Below, one piece after another: positions 11,277-22,826 of a stretch of 64,000 bases of DNA. A program made the position numbers and the translations under genes. Positions within the stretch are counted from its first letter, which is position 1. Every line of letters starts with the position of its first letter. Source of the stretch: Gammaproteobacteria bacterium (GTDB lineage Bacteria; Pseudomonadota; Gammaproteobacteria; CBDBNL01; JAAOII01); NCBI GenBank assembly GCA_965209035.1, contig OZ242372.1, forward strand, positions 544,001 to 608,000, given 5' to 3'. Under the pieces are notes generated by a model. It had not been told where the DNA came from and did no database searches. It saw nothing but the letters and a program-made list of their open reading frames with translations.

Positions 11277-11881
11277 ACCAATCTCTTCTCCAATTCTTTG
11301 CAGGCATCTACGGTAAAAATGAGTTTATTGGCACCCAGCAAAAATTCCGGGGTGATGCGGGTCGATTCCGTCACATGCACATTGGGCAAATTGCGGGAAG
11401 CAAGATGCAGTTCTTCGCTTATTTTGCTCACCACTATGGAAGAGTGCAAGGCATCATACTGACCGAGAATTTTAATCAAAGTTTTTGTTTTCTTGTCGGC
11501 GACATTGATATCACTGACCACTCGCACTCTGTCACCGCGCACCAGATCCGAAAGAATGCAACACATGGCTCCTTTATACATCTTGCGATTAACTCGCTGT
11601 TTGTAAGAACGCGGAACAGCCGCAAAAGCAACTCCGCCACCGCGCCGAATGGGGTCCTTGCCCGCACCCACACGAGCGCGACCTGTTCCCTTTTGACGCC
11701 AAAGTTTCTTTGTGCTGCCGACAACCTGACCGCGTGTCTTCTGCGCCTTACTTCCTTGACGCTTGCCGGCAAAAGAAGCCACAAGAACTTGATGCGCAAG
11801 AGTCGGGTTGCTGTCTCTTTTAAACACCTTATCGTCAAGACTTACCTTTTTCTTGTCGCCGTCCAATAATTCCACTTGCAT
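11273..11881 (-). CDS. rplD: 50S ribosomal protein L4 (start corrected to MQVELL)
   Basis: RQGSKAQKTR..V.GSTKKLWRQKGTGRAR.G. Confidence 0.97.
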   Translation of the reverse strand: MQVELLDGDKKKVSLDDKVFKRDSNPTLAHQVLVASFAGKRQGSKAQKTRGQVVGSTKKLWRQKGTGRARVGAGKDPIRRGGGVAFAAVPRSYKQRVNRKMYKGAMCCILSDLVRGDRVRVVSDINVADKKTKTLIKILGQYDALHSSIVVSKISEELHLASRNLPNVHVTESTRITPEFLLGANKLIFTVDACKELEKRLV

Positions 11882-11906
11882 TGTTGTTATCCCCTGTTGT
11901 TTTCTG

Positions 11907-12953
11907 TTATTTCTTGTTTTTATCTTTACCGGCATCCTGCTCATCGGATTCTTTCGGCTTCTCCGCCTGTTGTTGCTCTTCACTCGTTTCGGCATTACTG
12001 TCGCTCTTTGCCGCCGCATCAGGTTTTGCCTCCGTTTCAGGCTTCGCTTCCGGCTTCTTGCCATCCGTCATTGCCGCATCCTCGGTCTTTGCCTCCGTAT
12101 CGGGTTTTGCTTCCGCCTCGGGCTTCCCGTCATCTGCCGCATCCTCGGTCTTTGCCGCCGTATCGGGTTTTGCTTCCGCCTCGGGCTTCCCGTCATCTGC
12201 CGTTGCCGCATCCTCGGTCTTTGCCGCAGCATCGGCCGCTTCCTGTTCTTTAAGTTGTCGTTGCTCTTCTCTCTCGCGCATCAATTTTTCCGTTTTTTCT
12301 CGTTCCGGCGGGCTCTCCTTAACGGAAGGACGCACAACCACCCAGCCACCGCGCGAACCCGGAACCGCTCCTTTAATTAAAATAAGACGATTTTCTTCGT
12401 CTATGTCCGCCACTTCCAACCGCATGGTTGTAACTCGTTCCGCCCCGTAATGTCCCGCCATCTTTTTGCCCTTAAAAACTCTGCCGGGGAACTGACACTG
12501 GCCGGTGGATCCCAGATGCCGGTGGGACAAAGAATTGCCGTGTGTGGCATCCTGCATTGCAAAGTTCCACCGCTTAACAGCACCGGCAAAGCCACGCCCT
12601 TTGGATATACCCGTCAAATCCACTTTCTGCCCTGTCACAAAATGCCCCACCGTGACCTCCGTACCCAAGGCAACATCCGCATCCGCACGAATACGAAACT
12701 CCGCCAACTTGTGTCCAAAAGGAACGCCCGCCTTCTTGTAATGACCGCCCAGAGCCTTGCTTGTTCTTTGTGCCTTTCGGGTGCCTGCCGCCAACTGCAC
12801 CGCATCATAGCCGTCTGTTTTCTTCGTCTTCAACTGACAAACACGATTGGTATCCGCATAGATCACCGTAACGGGAACAGATGCCCCTTGTTCGTTAAAA
12901 ATACGAGACATGCCGAGTTTAACCCCCAATAATCCGACAGAACTGTCCATCAT
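11907..12953 (-). CDS. rplC: 50S ribosomal protein L3 with ~135 aa acidic repetitive C-terminal extension
   Basis: [45 protein letters not shown]; tail of [18 protein letters not shown] repeats. Confidence 0.97.
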   Translation of the reverse strand: MMDSSVGLLGVKLGMSRIFNEQGASVPVTVIYADTNRVCQLKTKKTDGYDAVQLAAGTRKAQRTSKALGGHYKKAGVPFGHKLAEFRIRADADVALGTEVTVGHFVTGQKVDLTGISKGRGFAGAVKRWNFAMQDATHGNSLSHRHLGSTGQCQFPGRVFKGKKMAGHYGAERVTTMRLEVADIDEENRLILIKGAVPGSRGGWVVVRPSVKESPPEREKTEKLMREREEQRQLKEQEAADAAAKTEDAATADDGKPEAEAKPDTAAKTEDAADDGKPEAEAKPDTEAKTEDAAMTDGKKPEAKPETEAKPDAAAKSDSNAETSEEQQQAEKPKESDEQDAGKDKNKK

Positions 12954-13846
12954 TTGTCCGCTTTACCCGGTTTGGCTTCGTCGCCGACAGCTTTTCCCGG
13001 CTTTTTCGCGGCCGGCTTCTTGTCTGCCACTGCAGCAGGTGGCTTCTCACTTACCGCAGCATCGGATGACTTCTCGTCTGCCACCGCATCGGATGGCTTC
13101 TTACCCGCCTCGGCATCGGCTGGCTTCTTGCCTGCCTCGGCATCGGATGGCTTCTTGCCTGCCTCGGCATCGGATGACTTCTTGTCTGCCACTGCAGCAG
13201 GTGGCTTCTCACTTACCGCAGCATCGGATGGCTTCTTGCCGGCCACCGCAGCATCAGATGGCTTCTTGTCTGCCACTGCAGCAGGTGGCTTCTCACTTAC
13301 CGCAGCATCGGATGGCTTCTTGTCTGCCACCGCATCGGATAGCTTCTCGCCAACCGCAGCATCAGATGGCTTCTTGCCGGCTGCCGTCTCCGCCGTTGTT
13401 TTCTTTATTCTTGTTATCTTTGCCGATCCGGTCAATGCGTCGTTCTTCCGTCGAATCGCTTGTTTGGTTTTTACTTTCTTTGCCGCCTTCTTAACACTCG
13501 CCGTTCTGCGGGCAATCGTCTCAGGATCCGGAAAACTGATGTCCACCTCAACGCCCGCCGCCAAATCCAATTCCTTAAGTGCTTCCAGCGTCTTATCCGT
13601 CGGCGAAACGATTTCCAGCATCCGCTTATAGGTTCTAATTTCGTATTGATCCCGGGCATCCTTATCCACATGCGAAGAAATAAGAAGAGTAAAACGCTCC
13701 TTACGAACAGGCAAAGGAATAGGTCCTCTGATCTCGGCTTGGGTTCTTTTTGCCGCCCCCACGATTTCCCGGGCGGAGCTATCCAACAACCTATGATCAA
13801 AGGCTTTCAAGTTAATGCGTATTGTTTGCGAATTTTCCGGCATCAA
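12950..13846 (-). CDS. rpsJ: 30S ribosomal protein S10/NusE with ~190 aa repetitive C-terminal extension
   Basis: [43 protein letters not shown], then KKPSDAAV-type repeats. Confidence 0.96.
   Translation of the reverse strand: MMPENSQTIRINLKAFDHRLLDSSAREIVGAAKRTQAEIRGPIPLPVRKERFTLLISSHVDKDARDQYEIRTYKRMLEIVSPTDKTLEALKELDLAAGVEVDISFPDPETIARRTASVKKAAKKVKTKQAIRRKNDALTGSAKITRIKKTTAETAAGKKPSDAAVGEKLSDAVADKKPSDAAVSEKPPAAVADKKPSDAAVAGKKPSDAAVSEKPPAAVADKKSSDAEAGKKPSDAEAGKKPADAEAGKKPSDAVADEKSSDAAVSEKPPAAVADKKPAAKKPGKAVGDEAKPGKADK
12990..13390 (-). repeat. Coding tandem repeat, ~30 nt unit (e.g. GKKPSDAEA / DKKPSDAAV), roughly 13 copies
   Basis: Recurring gcatcggatggcttcttg on + strand. Confidence 0.9.
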
Positions 13847-14160
13847 TAATAATTATTCCTATCTAATTTTTGTGTTTTATTCAAAACTTAATCACTTATT
13901 TACTCAACTTATAAAATATTCAAAAAATCTAAAAAATCAAAATACAATCCAACCCAACCCTAATAACGGAAATCCGGGGAGTCAAAAAGACATCCTTCAT
14001 CACTTTATTTAACTTTGAAATCAAAGTAAACAAAGTAAAAAAAATCTCTACGGATAACTTGTTCTCTTACCCATAGAACCATCACAACCAGCCTTCAAAA
14101 AAGTAAAGGGCTGTCTATTTGTCTATTTATTGTATAGCTAAATCCGCGATTACGCCTGTT

Positions 14161-16254
14161 CTAAGAGGCTTTTTTTGTAATTTCTTCCATTATACTATGC
14201 GGAACTTCCATATACTTGGCAAATTCCATGGAATAACTTGCTCTGCCTTGAGTGGCGGAGCGCAAATCCGTCGCATAACCAAACATTTCCGCCAACGGAA
14301 CCTGTGCCCGAATAATCTTGCCGGCGGGTGATTCTTCCATCGCTTGCACCATTCCGCGCCGACGATTCAAGTCACCGACCACATCTCCCATGTAATCTTC
14401 CGGCGTCACCACCTCTACCTGCATCACCGGTTCCAACAAACCGGGCGATGCCTTCCGCACGGCTTCTCGGATAGCGGTGGAACCCGCTATCTTAAACGCC
14501 ACCTCGCTGGAATCCACATCGTGATAAGACCCCTCATACAATTCAACCCGCACACCCAAAACAGGATAGCCGGCAACCACACCGTTATTCAACTGCTCCT
14601 TAATGCCCTTGTCAACCGCGGGGATGAACTCTCTCGGGATCATTCCGCCGACAATCTTGTTAACAAATTCATAGCCATCTTCAGGCGAGGTCGGCTCTAC
14701 CCGAATCACCACATGACCATATTGGCCGCGTCCGCCCGACTGCTTAATATACTTGCCTTCCACCTTGTCCAAAGCATTGCGAATGAATTCGCGATAAGCC
14801 ACCTGCGGTCTGCCCACATTGGCTTCCACTTTAAATTCGCGCCGCATCCTGTCCACCAGAATCTCCAAATGCAGTTCTCCCATGCCGGAAATAATCGTCT
14901 GACCGGACTCATCATCCACATGCACCCGAAAAGAAGGGTCTTCCAGTGCCAACTTACCCAAGGCAACACTCATCTTCTCCTGGGCATCCTTGGACTTCGG
15001 TTCCACCGCCACGGAAATGACCGGCTCCGGAAACTCCATCTTCTCCAAAATAATCTGCTTATCGATGGCACACAAAGTATCGCCGGTCGTCACATCTTTC
15101 AAGCCGATCGCGGCGGCAATATCCCCCGCTCGCACCTCTTTCACCTCCTGGCGATTATTGGAATGCATCTGCAACAAACGCCCGATGCGCTCTTTCTTAC
15201 TCTTCGTGGAATTGAACACACTGTCACCGCTCTTCAAAACCCCGGAATAAACACGGAAAAAAGTCAGAGTGCCAACAAACGGGTCTGTCGCTATCTTAAA
15301 TGACAGGGCGGAAAAAGGCGCATCGTCATTGCCGGCACGCGTCGCTTCTTTGTCATGCACATCCACCCCCTTAACATCCGGCACCTCGTTGGGCGCGGGC
15401 AGGTAATCCAAAACACCGTCCAACACAGCCTGCACGCCCTTGTTCTTAAAAGCCGAACCGCAGAAAGCGACTACAATTTCTCCCGCCACGGTGCGCTTCT
15501 TCAAACCTCTTTTAATATCGTTCACATCCAACGCCCCGCCTTCCAAATACTTATTCATCAGTTCCTCGTCCGCTTCCGCAGCCGCCTCGATGAGTTGCGA
15601 GCGATAGTCTTCCGCCAGATCGCGCAGATCCCCCGGAATCTCTTCCTCGCGAAAACTGGCACCCTGAGTGGCATCATCCCAGTAGATCGCCTTCTGTCGC
15701 ACCAGATCCACGATGCCCTTAAATTTTTCCTCGCTGCCAATCGCCAACTGCACCGGCACAGGTTTTGCCCCCAATCTGTCTTTAATCTGTTGCACCACAC
15801 GCAAAAAATCCGCCCCCGCCCGATCCATCTTGTTGACAAAGACGATGCGAGGAACATTGTATCTGGTGGCCTGCCGCCAAACCGTCTCCGACTGAGGTTC
15901 CACCCCGGAAGTTGCACAGAACACCACAACCACCCCGTCCAACACCCGCAAAGAGCGTTCCACTTCAATGGTAAAATCCACATGACCCGGCGTGTCTATG
16001 ATATTAATTCTGTGTTTTTCGCGCTTGCCGTCCATCCCTTGCCAAAAGCAGGTAGTTGCAGCCGAGGTGATGGTAATGCCGCGTTCCTGTTCCTGTTCCA
16101 TCCAATCCATAACGGCGGCACCGTCATGCACCTCGCCCATCTTGTGCGAAATACCCGTATAAAAAAGAATACGCTCGGTAGTCGTAGTCTTACCCGCATC
16201 CACATGTGCGGCAATGCCGATGTTTCGGTAAAGTTTTATGGGAGTTTGGCGCAT
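14161..16254 (-). CDS. fusA: Elongation factor G
   Basis: [45 protein letters not shown]. Confidence 0.99.
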   Translation of the reverse strand: MRQTPIKLYRNIGIAAHVDAGKTTTTERILFYTGISHKMGEVHDGAAVMDWMEQEQERGITITSAATTCFWQGMDGKREKHRINIIDTPGHVDFTIEVERSLRVLDGVVVVFCATSGVEPQSETVWRQATRYNVPRIVFVNKMDRAGADFLRVVQQIKDRLGAKPVPVQLAIGSEEKFKGIVDLVRQKAIYWDDATQGASFREEEIPGDLRDLAEDYRSQLIEAAAEADEELMNKYLEGGALDVNDIKRGLKKRTVAGEIVVAFCGSAFKNKGVQAVLDGVLDYLPAPNEVPDVKGVDVHDKEATRAGNDDAPFSALSFKIATDPFVGTLTFFRVYSGVLKSGDSVFNSTKSKKERIGRLLQMHSNNRQEVKEVRAGDIAAAIGLKDVTTGDTLCAIDKQIILEKMEFPEPVISVAVEPKSKDAQEKMSVALGKLALEDPSFRVHVDDESGQTIISGMGELHLEILVDRMRREFKVEANVGRPQVAYREFIRNALDKVEGKYIKQSGGRGQYGHVVIRVEPTSPEDGYEFVNKIVGGMIPREFIPAVDKGIKEQLNNGVVAGYPVLGVRVELYEGSYHDVDSSEVAFKIAGSTAIREAVRKASPGLLEPVMQVEVVTPEDYMGDVVGDLNRRRGMVQAMEESPAGKIIRAQVPLAEMFGYATDLRSATQGRASYSMEFAKYMEVPHSIMEEITKKAS

Positions 16255-16360
16255 CTATGAGTTGTTATGAGTTGTTATGAATCGCTATAAATTGTTATGA
16301 ATTGTCCGCCCTGTGTTTAAAAATGCGTCTAAAAATGTGTCTAAAAATGTGTCTAAAAAT
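16255..16360. repeat. Intergenic short imperfect tandem repeats (10-mer tatgagttgt-like x5; 12-mer aaaaatgtgtct x3)
   Basis: Directly visible between rpsG and fusA. Confidence 0.8.
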
Positions 16361-16373
16361 AAAACGACAATCG

Positions 16374-16844
16374 TCAGAATCTGAGATGCGAAAAGGCACG
16401 GCTGGCTTCCGCCATCTTATGCACATCTTGTTTTTTCTTGATAGCAGCTCCGCGCTCATCCAAAACATCCAAGAATTCGGACGCCAGAGACTTATCCATC
16501 TCCTGATTCTTGCGTCCGCGCGCCGCCTGAATGAGCCAACGCATCGCCAGGGTCGTCCGCCGTGCGGAACGAATTTCTACAGGCACAGAATAGGTGGCAC
16601 CGCCGACACGCCGCGACTTAACTTCCACCACAGGTCGCAGATCGTCTATGACCCGGGTGAACAAATCCAACGGCTTCATTTTCTTTTTCTTGGTGGCCCT
16701 CTCCAAAGCATCATAAACAATCCTTTCCGCCACAGACTTCTTGCCGTTCCACATGATCATATTAATGAAGCGTGCCAACTCCACGCTTTCATATTGCGGA
16801 TCCGGGACTATAGCACGTTTTTCCGCAGGCTTACGACGGGACAT
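16374..16844 (-). CDS. rpsG: 30S ribosomal protein S7
   Basis: GKKSVAERIVY, EVKSRRVGGATY.VP, HKMAEA.RAFSH. Confidence 0.98.
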   Translation of the reverse strand: MSRRKPAEKRAIVPDPQYESVELARFINMIMWNGKKSVAERIVYDALERATKKKKMKPLDLFTRVIDDLRPVVEVKSRRVGGATYSVPVEIRSARRTTLAMRWLIQAARGRKNQEMDKSLASEFLDVLDERGAAIKKKQDVHKMAEASRAFSHLRF

Positions 16845-16867
16845 AATAAGATAAAAAAACTAAGTAA

Positions 16868-17245
16868 CTAAGCGGCTTTGCCTTTCTTGGTGCCGTATTT
16901 GGAACGCCCCTGCTTGCGGTCACTGACCCCGGCCGTATCCAAACTACCCCGAATCGTATGATAACGCACCCCGGGCAAATCCTTAACACGACCACCGCGA
17001 ATCAAAACCACCGAATGCTCCTGCAAGTTATGTCCTTCACCTCCTATATAGGAAGTGACCTCCTGCCCGTTCGTCAGGCGCACCCGACAAACCTTACGCA
17101 ACGCGGAATTGGGCTTCTTTGGCGTGGTAGTATAAACACGCAAACAGACACCCCGCTTCTGCGGACATTGCTGCAATGCCGGAACATTGCTTTTAACCGG
17201 CTTATCCTTGCGCGGCGAACGCGTCAATTGATTAATCGTAACCAT
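16868..17245 (-). CDS. rpsL: 30S ribosomal protein S12
   Basis: [34 protein letters not shown]. Confidence 0.99.
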   Translation of the reverse strand: MVTINQLTRSPRKDKPVKSNVPALQQCPQKRGVCLRVYTTTPKKPNSALRKVCRVRLTNGQEVTSYIGGEGHNLQEHSVVLIRGGRVKDLPGVRYHTIRGSLDTAGVSDRKQGRSKYGTKKGKAA

Positions 17246-17402
17246 AATGACTATTTTATAGAAAGAAAAATAGCGAAAAGTAGCAAAATCACCGAAATTC
17301 TGTGTTTATCGCAGGTTTTCCAAAGATTCCCCGAAACTCACTCCCTTCAAAAGTCCGCACAAGATACAATATGAATATGTTCCAAAAATTCACAATGTCC
17401 AA

Positions 17403-18554
17403 ATGAGCCTCAAATGCGGTCTAGTCGGTCTGCCCAATGTGGGAAAATCCAGCCTGTTCAACGCCCTCACCAATTCGCATGTGAGCGCGGAAAACTTTGC
17501 CTTCTGCACCATAGACCCGCACATGGGCATTGTGGAGGTCCCGGACGAGCGGCTGGCACAACTGGCATCCGTTGTCAAACCGCAACGCATCGTCCCCGCA
17601 ACCATTGAGTTCACGGATATTGCCGGACTGGTGCAAGGTGCCTCCAAAGGCGAAGGTCTCGGCAACCAATTCCTCGCCCATGTCCGCGAAACGGACGCCA
17701 TCGCGCACTTGTTACGCTGCTTCAAAAACGAAGCGGTCACACATGTTCACAACAAAACAGACCCCTGGCATGATCTTCAAATCATCAATACCGAACTCTG
17801 CATAGCGGACCTGACAACCGCCGAAAACTCACTGCAAAAACACGAACGCAAGATAAAAAGCGGTGACAAAGAAGCCATCGCGCTCACCGCCCTCCTCAAA
17901 AATAAAGTCCTGCCCGTATTGAGCGAAGGGAAATTCTTGCGAGAAGCAACATTCACCAAAGAAGAAAAAGAAACCCTAAAATCCTTCGGCTTTCTCACAA
18001 TGAAGCCCACCATTTATGTGCTAAATATCAGCGACGAACCCGCACAAAATATCAACACAGACGCCATAGAAGATCTGGCACGCAAAGAAGGAAGTCAAAC
18101 CATAAAACTCAACATCAAATTGGAAGCCGAACTCAGCGAACTGGGACCGGAAGATCGTGCCGAATTCCTTGCCGTAAGCGGGGAAAACAGGGACGAAGAC
18201 AAAGACACAGACACATCCGATGCCAATAGCGGCGAAAAGACTCCCACAGAAGATGCCCTGGGCGGTTTCATCCGCTGTTGCTATGCGCTGCTCAACCTGC
18301 ACACCTTTTTCACAGCCGGCCCCAAAGAACTGCGCGCTTGGACCATCCCCCGCGGGACCACCGCCCTGGCCGCGGCCGGCAAGATCCACAACGACTTTAT
18401 CAAACACTTCATCCGCGCCGAAGTCATCGCCTTTGACCGCTACATAGAATGCGGCGGCGAACAACCCGCCAAAGCCAAAGGGCATCTCCGCCTGGAAGGC
18501 AAAGATTATGTTGTGGCAGACGGAGATCTGGTTTACTTCCGGACGAGTGCGTGA
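17403..18554 (+). CDS. ychF: Redox-regulated ribosome-binding ATPase YchF
   Basis: GLVGLPNVGKSSLFNALT, DIAGLV.GASKGEGLGNQFL, FFTAGPKE.RAW, RLEGKDYVV.DGD. Confidence 0.97.
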   Translation: MSLKCGLVGLPNVGKSSLFNALTNSHVSAENFAFCTIDPHMGIVEVPDERLAQLASVVKPQRIVPATIEFTDIAGLVQGASKGEGLGNQFLAHVRETDAIAHLLRCFKNEAVTHVHNKTDPWHDLQIINTELCIADLTTAENSLQKHERKIKSGDKEAIALTALLKNKVLPVLSEGKFLREATFTKEEKETLKSFGFLTMKPTIYVLNISDEPAQNINTDAIEDLARKEGSQTIKLNIKLEAELSELGPEDRAEFLAVSGENRDEDKDTDTSDANSGEKTPTEDALGGFIRCCYALLNLHTFFTAGPKELRAWTIPRGTTALAAAGKIHNDFIKHFIRAEVIAFDRYIECGGEQPAKAKGHLRLEGKDYVVADGDLVYFRTSA

Positions 18555-18782
18555 TTTTTTTATGAAATTCGAAGTTTGTATCGCCCAAACATAAAGAGTA
18601 AAAAATGATACTAATTTTTATACGGCAGGACGCAGTGAATATCCGACTTCTGTTCTCACCCACTCGAAAAAATGCCATGTATAAAAAACAATAATTCCGA
18701 ACCCAATAATGTTCTCTCACATTACTTCATACCGGATATTTAAGTTCATTGCATTTTACAAACAGTTCAATTACAACCCAAA

Positions 18783-19072
18783 CAAACCCGCTTTGTTCCA
18801 TCACCGGCACTAAGTGCAAAAGAACGAGGGCTGATAGGGTATAAAAACTCCCCTCAATCCCTTATAAAACAAGGATTTTTTAAAAAGTTTCCGAAGTCAA
18901 GGGCAAGGTGGTCGCGGGACTACGCCTTAATGAATGCCCGAACAATCCGGCGTTATGAATGTCCCCCTCGGCTCATTTCTTCTAACGACCACCCTTCTTC
19001 TTTTGTCAGCATCTTATAACTTGACTTCGGAAAGAATTTTTTAGATTTTTAAAAACTCTTGTATTTATAAGG
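18783..19072. mobile_element. Cluster of non-coding IS-end/MITE-like repeats
   Basis: 18783-18901 resembles 22570-22681 (both end aagtttcc(g/t)aagtcaag); inverted copy at 19020-19072; tctaacgaccacccttcttcttttgtcagcatcttataa identical at 18981 and 22688. Confidence 0.6.
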
Positions 19073-19141
19073 CGCATGATCTCATAAAGGTTCCGGACTC
19101 TGAGTTCGGCATTGTGCGTCATCAGATCAAGGAGCCGGCGG

Positions 19142-19215
19142 TGTATGATCCCACCCAGTTTCGGACTTTTGTTGTTTTTGTAAAAACCGGATCGGCGAGA
19201 GTTATTTGTGAGCAT
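19142..19215 (-). mobile_element. IS481-like right-end remnant
   Basis: tgtatgatcccacc...ggatcggcgagagtt; same end at 22380 and 31690; partial copy near 19450-19490. Confidence 0.6.
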
Positions 19216-19718
19216 CGCGGGGATCTGCTAAATGATATCAACGCATCCCTCTCATTTCAACTCCGCGGGGCAGCCGCACCCGCATAGTGCAACTGTGTCG
19301 CAAGCGAGAGTGCCGCGACAGATTTTGAACAACAGGCCGCCGCCCGCACCGCGGAGACCGGAGTAGTCGGCAGTCCGGCTTACTCGCCTTATATTTTTAT
19401 TCTTGCGGCACTTGAACCCGGCACCCTCCTGTTTGCGGGTTCCTTAATAGACGGACTTATTTTTGCAAAAACCGGATCAGCGAGAGTTGTTAAGGGAAAA
19501 ACGCGTATCAGCCAGCATAAAAGATCCGGGTGCCTGCCCATAGATTTCGAATAATAATAGATGAGCGGCAGAGACTAAGAATAAGTGGAAAGTTGGAAGT
19601 TGGGCCGGCAGTCGTCTTATTTGTCGTGCTCTGCCCCGCCCTGCCTCGTCCTGTCCCGCCCCGATCTGCCGGTCCGTTCCGGGGCTTCCCTCTTGCCGGC
19701 CTCTCTTACCGGCCCCTC

Positions 19719-22121
19719 TTACCGGTCTTGCGCCGAGAGGCCGCCCGGCAGGCAATTCAGAGCCGGGTATTGTGTGCTGTTGCCCAGATTCCAGACGCGG
19801 ACGAAGGGGGCGGGCTCCTCGGTGGTGCTTTCCGCACCGGTGTTCGGGTTGCACCAAGCATTGCCCCAGTCGGCATAGATGCTCCCGGCAAACTCGGTCG
19901 GCGATTGCAAGGCTGTCGTGTTATGACCCTCGCCCAAATTACCGTCACTCATAGACTGCATGGTGGTTTGATTGTCCCAATAGGTGGCAATGACATTGGT
20001 CTCAGGATTGGTGTTGCCGATCAATCCGCCGACAGTACCCTCACCTGAAACAAGCCCGGGGGCGGCATAAGAATAATTAATTTGAGCTTTTTCCCCATAC
20101 CCAACCAGGCCGCCAGCAGCACCATAAGTCTCGCCGCCGCTCCCGGAAACAATTCCGCCGAGCACATAGGCATAGCGAATATCCGCATTCCTACCAAACC
20201 CAACCAGGCCGCCAACATGAACAAGCCCGGAAACATTTCCGCCGGACACGGACGCATAGCGAATATCCGCATTCTCACCATGCCCAACCAGGCCGCCAGC
20301 AAAATCCCCGGAAACATCCACACCGGACACGAACGCATAGCGAATATCCGCATTTAGACCATTCCCAGCCAGGCCGCCAGCTCTATTCTCGAAAGCATTC
20401 CCGGCAACACTTCCGCCGGACACGGACGCATTGCGAATATCCGCATTCTCACCATACCCAACCAGGCCGCCCACACCCACATTAGTGGCATTGCCTCTGA
20501 CATCCGCATTCCGGAGATGCAGATTTTGGATATCGCCGGTTAAGGCACCAAACAACCCCACTCCATAGGCAGTATTGTTCGCAGAGATGAACAGATCGGC
20601 AATACGATAACCGCCGCCGTCAAAGATTCCGGTATAAGAGGTGCAAACATTCACAACGGAACAAGAGCCGATCGGCTGCCAACCGCTGCCGGTCGTCCAA
20701 ACAACTTGATTGCCACTGCCCGCGGCATAGGAATCCGCATCGCTAAAATTCAACGAGCGAGTTAATTCATAACCCACACAGCCGCCGTCATCGTCATCCG
20801 GGCAACCCATAGAACCCACAGAGGTGATCTCGGGGATAGGGCCATCATCCGCCCCATCGCCGTTCAGATCATCGCGCAGCCGCGCCAAGTCATCCAAAGT
20901 GTGGATCTCGATCAAGCCATTATTATCGTCATCCACATCCTCTGTCAAGGTAGTATTCACATCGGTCCTGCAGCCGGCAGATAATCTGTCCGGTGCTCCG
21001 TCTCCATCCGTGTCGGCGCTCGCACAGGCATCCGTCACAAACGCATCGCCCGGATCCGCCACGCCATCATTGTCATCGTCCGAATCTTCATCTGTGTCGC
21101 GACAGCCGTCACGGTCATGGTCCGCGGACGCATTGGAAGTCCAGCCGGTAACACCGGTCGGGCAAAGATCTGTTATATCCTCCACACCGTCATTGTCATC
21201 ATCTTCATCACAGGCATCACCGCCGTCATCCGCATTGTCCGTGTTGGCTTGGTCCGCATTGGCAACCAACGGACAATTATCGTTATCATCATCCCTATCG
21301 TCATTGTCATCGTCCGAATCTTCATCTGTGTCGCGACAGCCGTCATCGTCATGGTCCGCGGACGCATTGGAAGTCCAGCCGGTAACACCGGTCGGACAAG
21401 TATCGGCCGTATCCGCCACGCCATCATTGTCATCGTCATCATCACAGGCATCACCGCCGTCATCCGCATTGTCCGTGTTGGCTTGGTCCGCATTGGCAAC
21501 CAGCGGACAATTATCGATATTATTATCCTCACCGTCATCGTCAATATCTGTGCCTACACCCGCTCCCGCTCCCGTTGTACTTGACACAGGAGGTGAGGCC
21601 ACGATAATGCCGCTCTCATAACGCACCGCAATCGTGATGTGATAGGTGATGTTATTGATTAAGCCCGTAATGTTGTAGATGACCCGAGCACGCGGCGCAA
21701 CATCCGCCATGGCAGAATTAAGTTCTTTTGTGCCGCCATCGCTTGCATTGTCACGGCGTGTGCTAATAACGAACCCGGTGATATTCATCCGGTTCGGATT
21801 AGTCCAACCCACGAGAATATAATCCTCACCGGCCAGAGTCTGCATATTGAAAACAGCCGGGAAATTCTGAGGAACGGGATCGCCGCCGCCGATGCTGCTG
21901 CTGATGCTGCTGCTGCCACAACCTGTCAGGACCAAACCGAACATACCCGCCAGCAGCACACCGTAAAAACGAGCCGGTATGTGCATCCGTCGTGCCCTAC
22001 TGGGTTCGGGAAAAGCCTTAAAGACATTAAAGGTATTAAGGAGACGCACAGATACCGCGCCTCTTTGTTTGCGGCACATTGCTTTCGCCGACCGCACAGG
22101 AAAAAAGTGCAACTGATTCAC
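19719..22121 (-). CDS. Large surface lipoprotein: FN3-like domain, thrombospondin type 3 Ca-binding repeats, GLUG/beta-helix region
   Basis: Lipobox LVLTG|C; [26 protein letters not shown] repeats; GGLVG repeats; [10 protein letters not shown]. Confidence 0.85.
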   Translation of the reverse strand: MNQLHFFPVRSAKAMCRKQRGAVSVRLLNTFNVFKAFPEPSRARRMHIPARFYGVLLAGMFGLVLTGCGSSSISSSIGGGDPVPQNFPAVFNMQTLAGEDYILVGWTNPNRMNITGFVISTRRDNASDGGTKELNSAMADVAPRARVIYNITGLINNITYHITIAVRYESGIIVASPPVSSTTGAGAGVGTDIDDDGEDNNIDNCPLVANADQANTDNADDGGDACDDDDDNDGVADTADTCPTGVTGWTSNASADHDDDGCRDTDEDSDDDNDDRDDDNDNCPLVANADQANTDNADDGGDACDEDDDNDGVEDITDLCPTGVTGWTSNASADHDRDGCRDTDEDSDDDNDGVADPGDAFVTDACASADTDGDGAPDRLSAGCRTDVNTTLTEDVDDDNNGLIEIHTLDDLARLRDDLNGDGADDGPIPEITSVGSMGCPDDDDGGCVGYELTRSLNFSDADSYAAGSGNQVVWTTGSGWQPIGSCSVVNVCTSYTGIFDGGGYRIADLFISANNTAYGVGLFGALTGDIQNLHLRNADVRGNATNVGVGGLVGYGENADIRNASVSGGSVAGNAFENRAGGLAGNGLNADIRYAFVSGVDVSGDFAGGLVGHGENADIRYASVSGGNVSGLVHVGGLVGFGRNADIRYAYVLGGIVSGSGGETYGAAGGLVGYGEKAQINYSYAAPGLVSGEGTVGGLIGNTNPETNVIATYWDNQTTMQSMSDGNLGEGHNTTALQSPTEFAGSIYADWGNAWCNPNTGAESTTEEPAPFVRVWNLGNSTQYPALNCLPGGLSAQDR

Positions 22122-22379
22122 TACTTCCTATCATTATTAATTGGAATAATGTACCTTATTATTACATTAAATGAGAGTTGAGGAGTAAAATATGAGCATA
22201 AATGCCGGTAAATACAAGAAAAAAGAGGGTTATTTTCTGTTCGCGACCTTCAGAATGGAAGTTTTGGCAGATCCCCAGGCTGTTTGCAATGGCTCTTGAG
22301 GCAAATGGCAAATTTTTTGAAGTGCATAGGTTGTCAAGAGTATAATTCCCTTATTTAATTTTCAAAATCATGTGTATTC

Positions 22380-22726
22380 TGTATGATCCCACCTATTTTC
22401 GGACTTTTTTTGTTTTTGTAAAAACCGGATCGGCGAGAGTTGTTTGTGAGCATAATGGGGACGTCCGAGATGATACCAAGCCAGCCATGCGATGAACTTG
22501 GCATTGAATGCCGGCATATCCTTGGGGGACAGCAGTGCATTCTACAGGCCGTTCAACTAAAACCCAAACAACCCGCTCTGTTGGATCACAAACACTAAGT
22601 GCAAGCCAGGGCTGGCAGGGTATAAAAACGGCTCGCAAACCCTTATAAAATCAAGGTTTTTAATAAGTTTCCTAAGTCAAGATTTTTTCTAACGACCACC
22701 CTTCTTCTTTTGTCAGCATCTTATAA
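22380..22726. mobile_element. IS481-like right end plus MITE-like repeats
   Basis: Minus strand reads FNAKFIAWLAWYH..RPHYAHKQLSP-like transposase C-terminus; shares blocks with 18783-19019. Confidence 0.65.
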
Positions 22727-22826
22727 TATATTCTTGTAACCGGTGCTGCACCGACTATTTGAATTCGTGTGAACATAAAGCACCGGCTACTTGAATTTAG
22801 ATAAAAAAACATTAATAGTATTACAT

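Noticed and set aside
16868-17245. Streptomycin-resistance substitutions in S12
   Set aside because: PKKPNS and RVKDLPG are wild type
115-17374. Numerous + strand ORFs opposite ribosomal genes and fusA
   Set aside because: Antisense shadows of well-conserved genes with no recognisable motifs
19215-19445. Small hairpins (tgtcgc..gcgaca; gaacccg..cgggttc) as structured RNA
   Set aside because: Short stems within IS debris; no recognisable family
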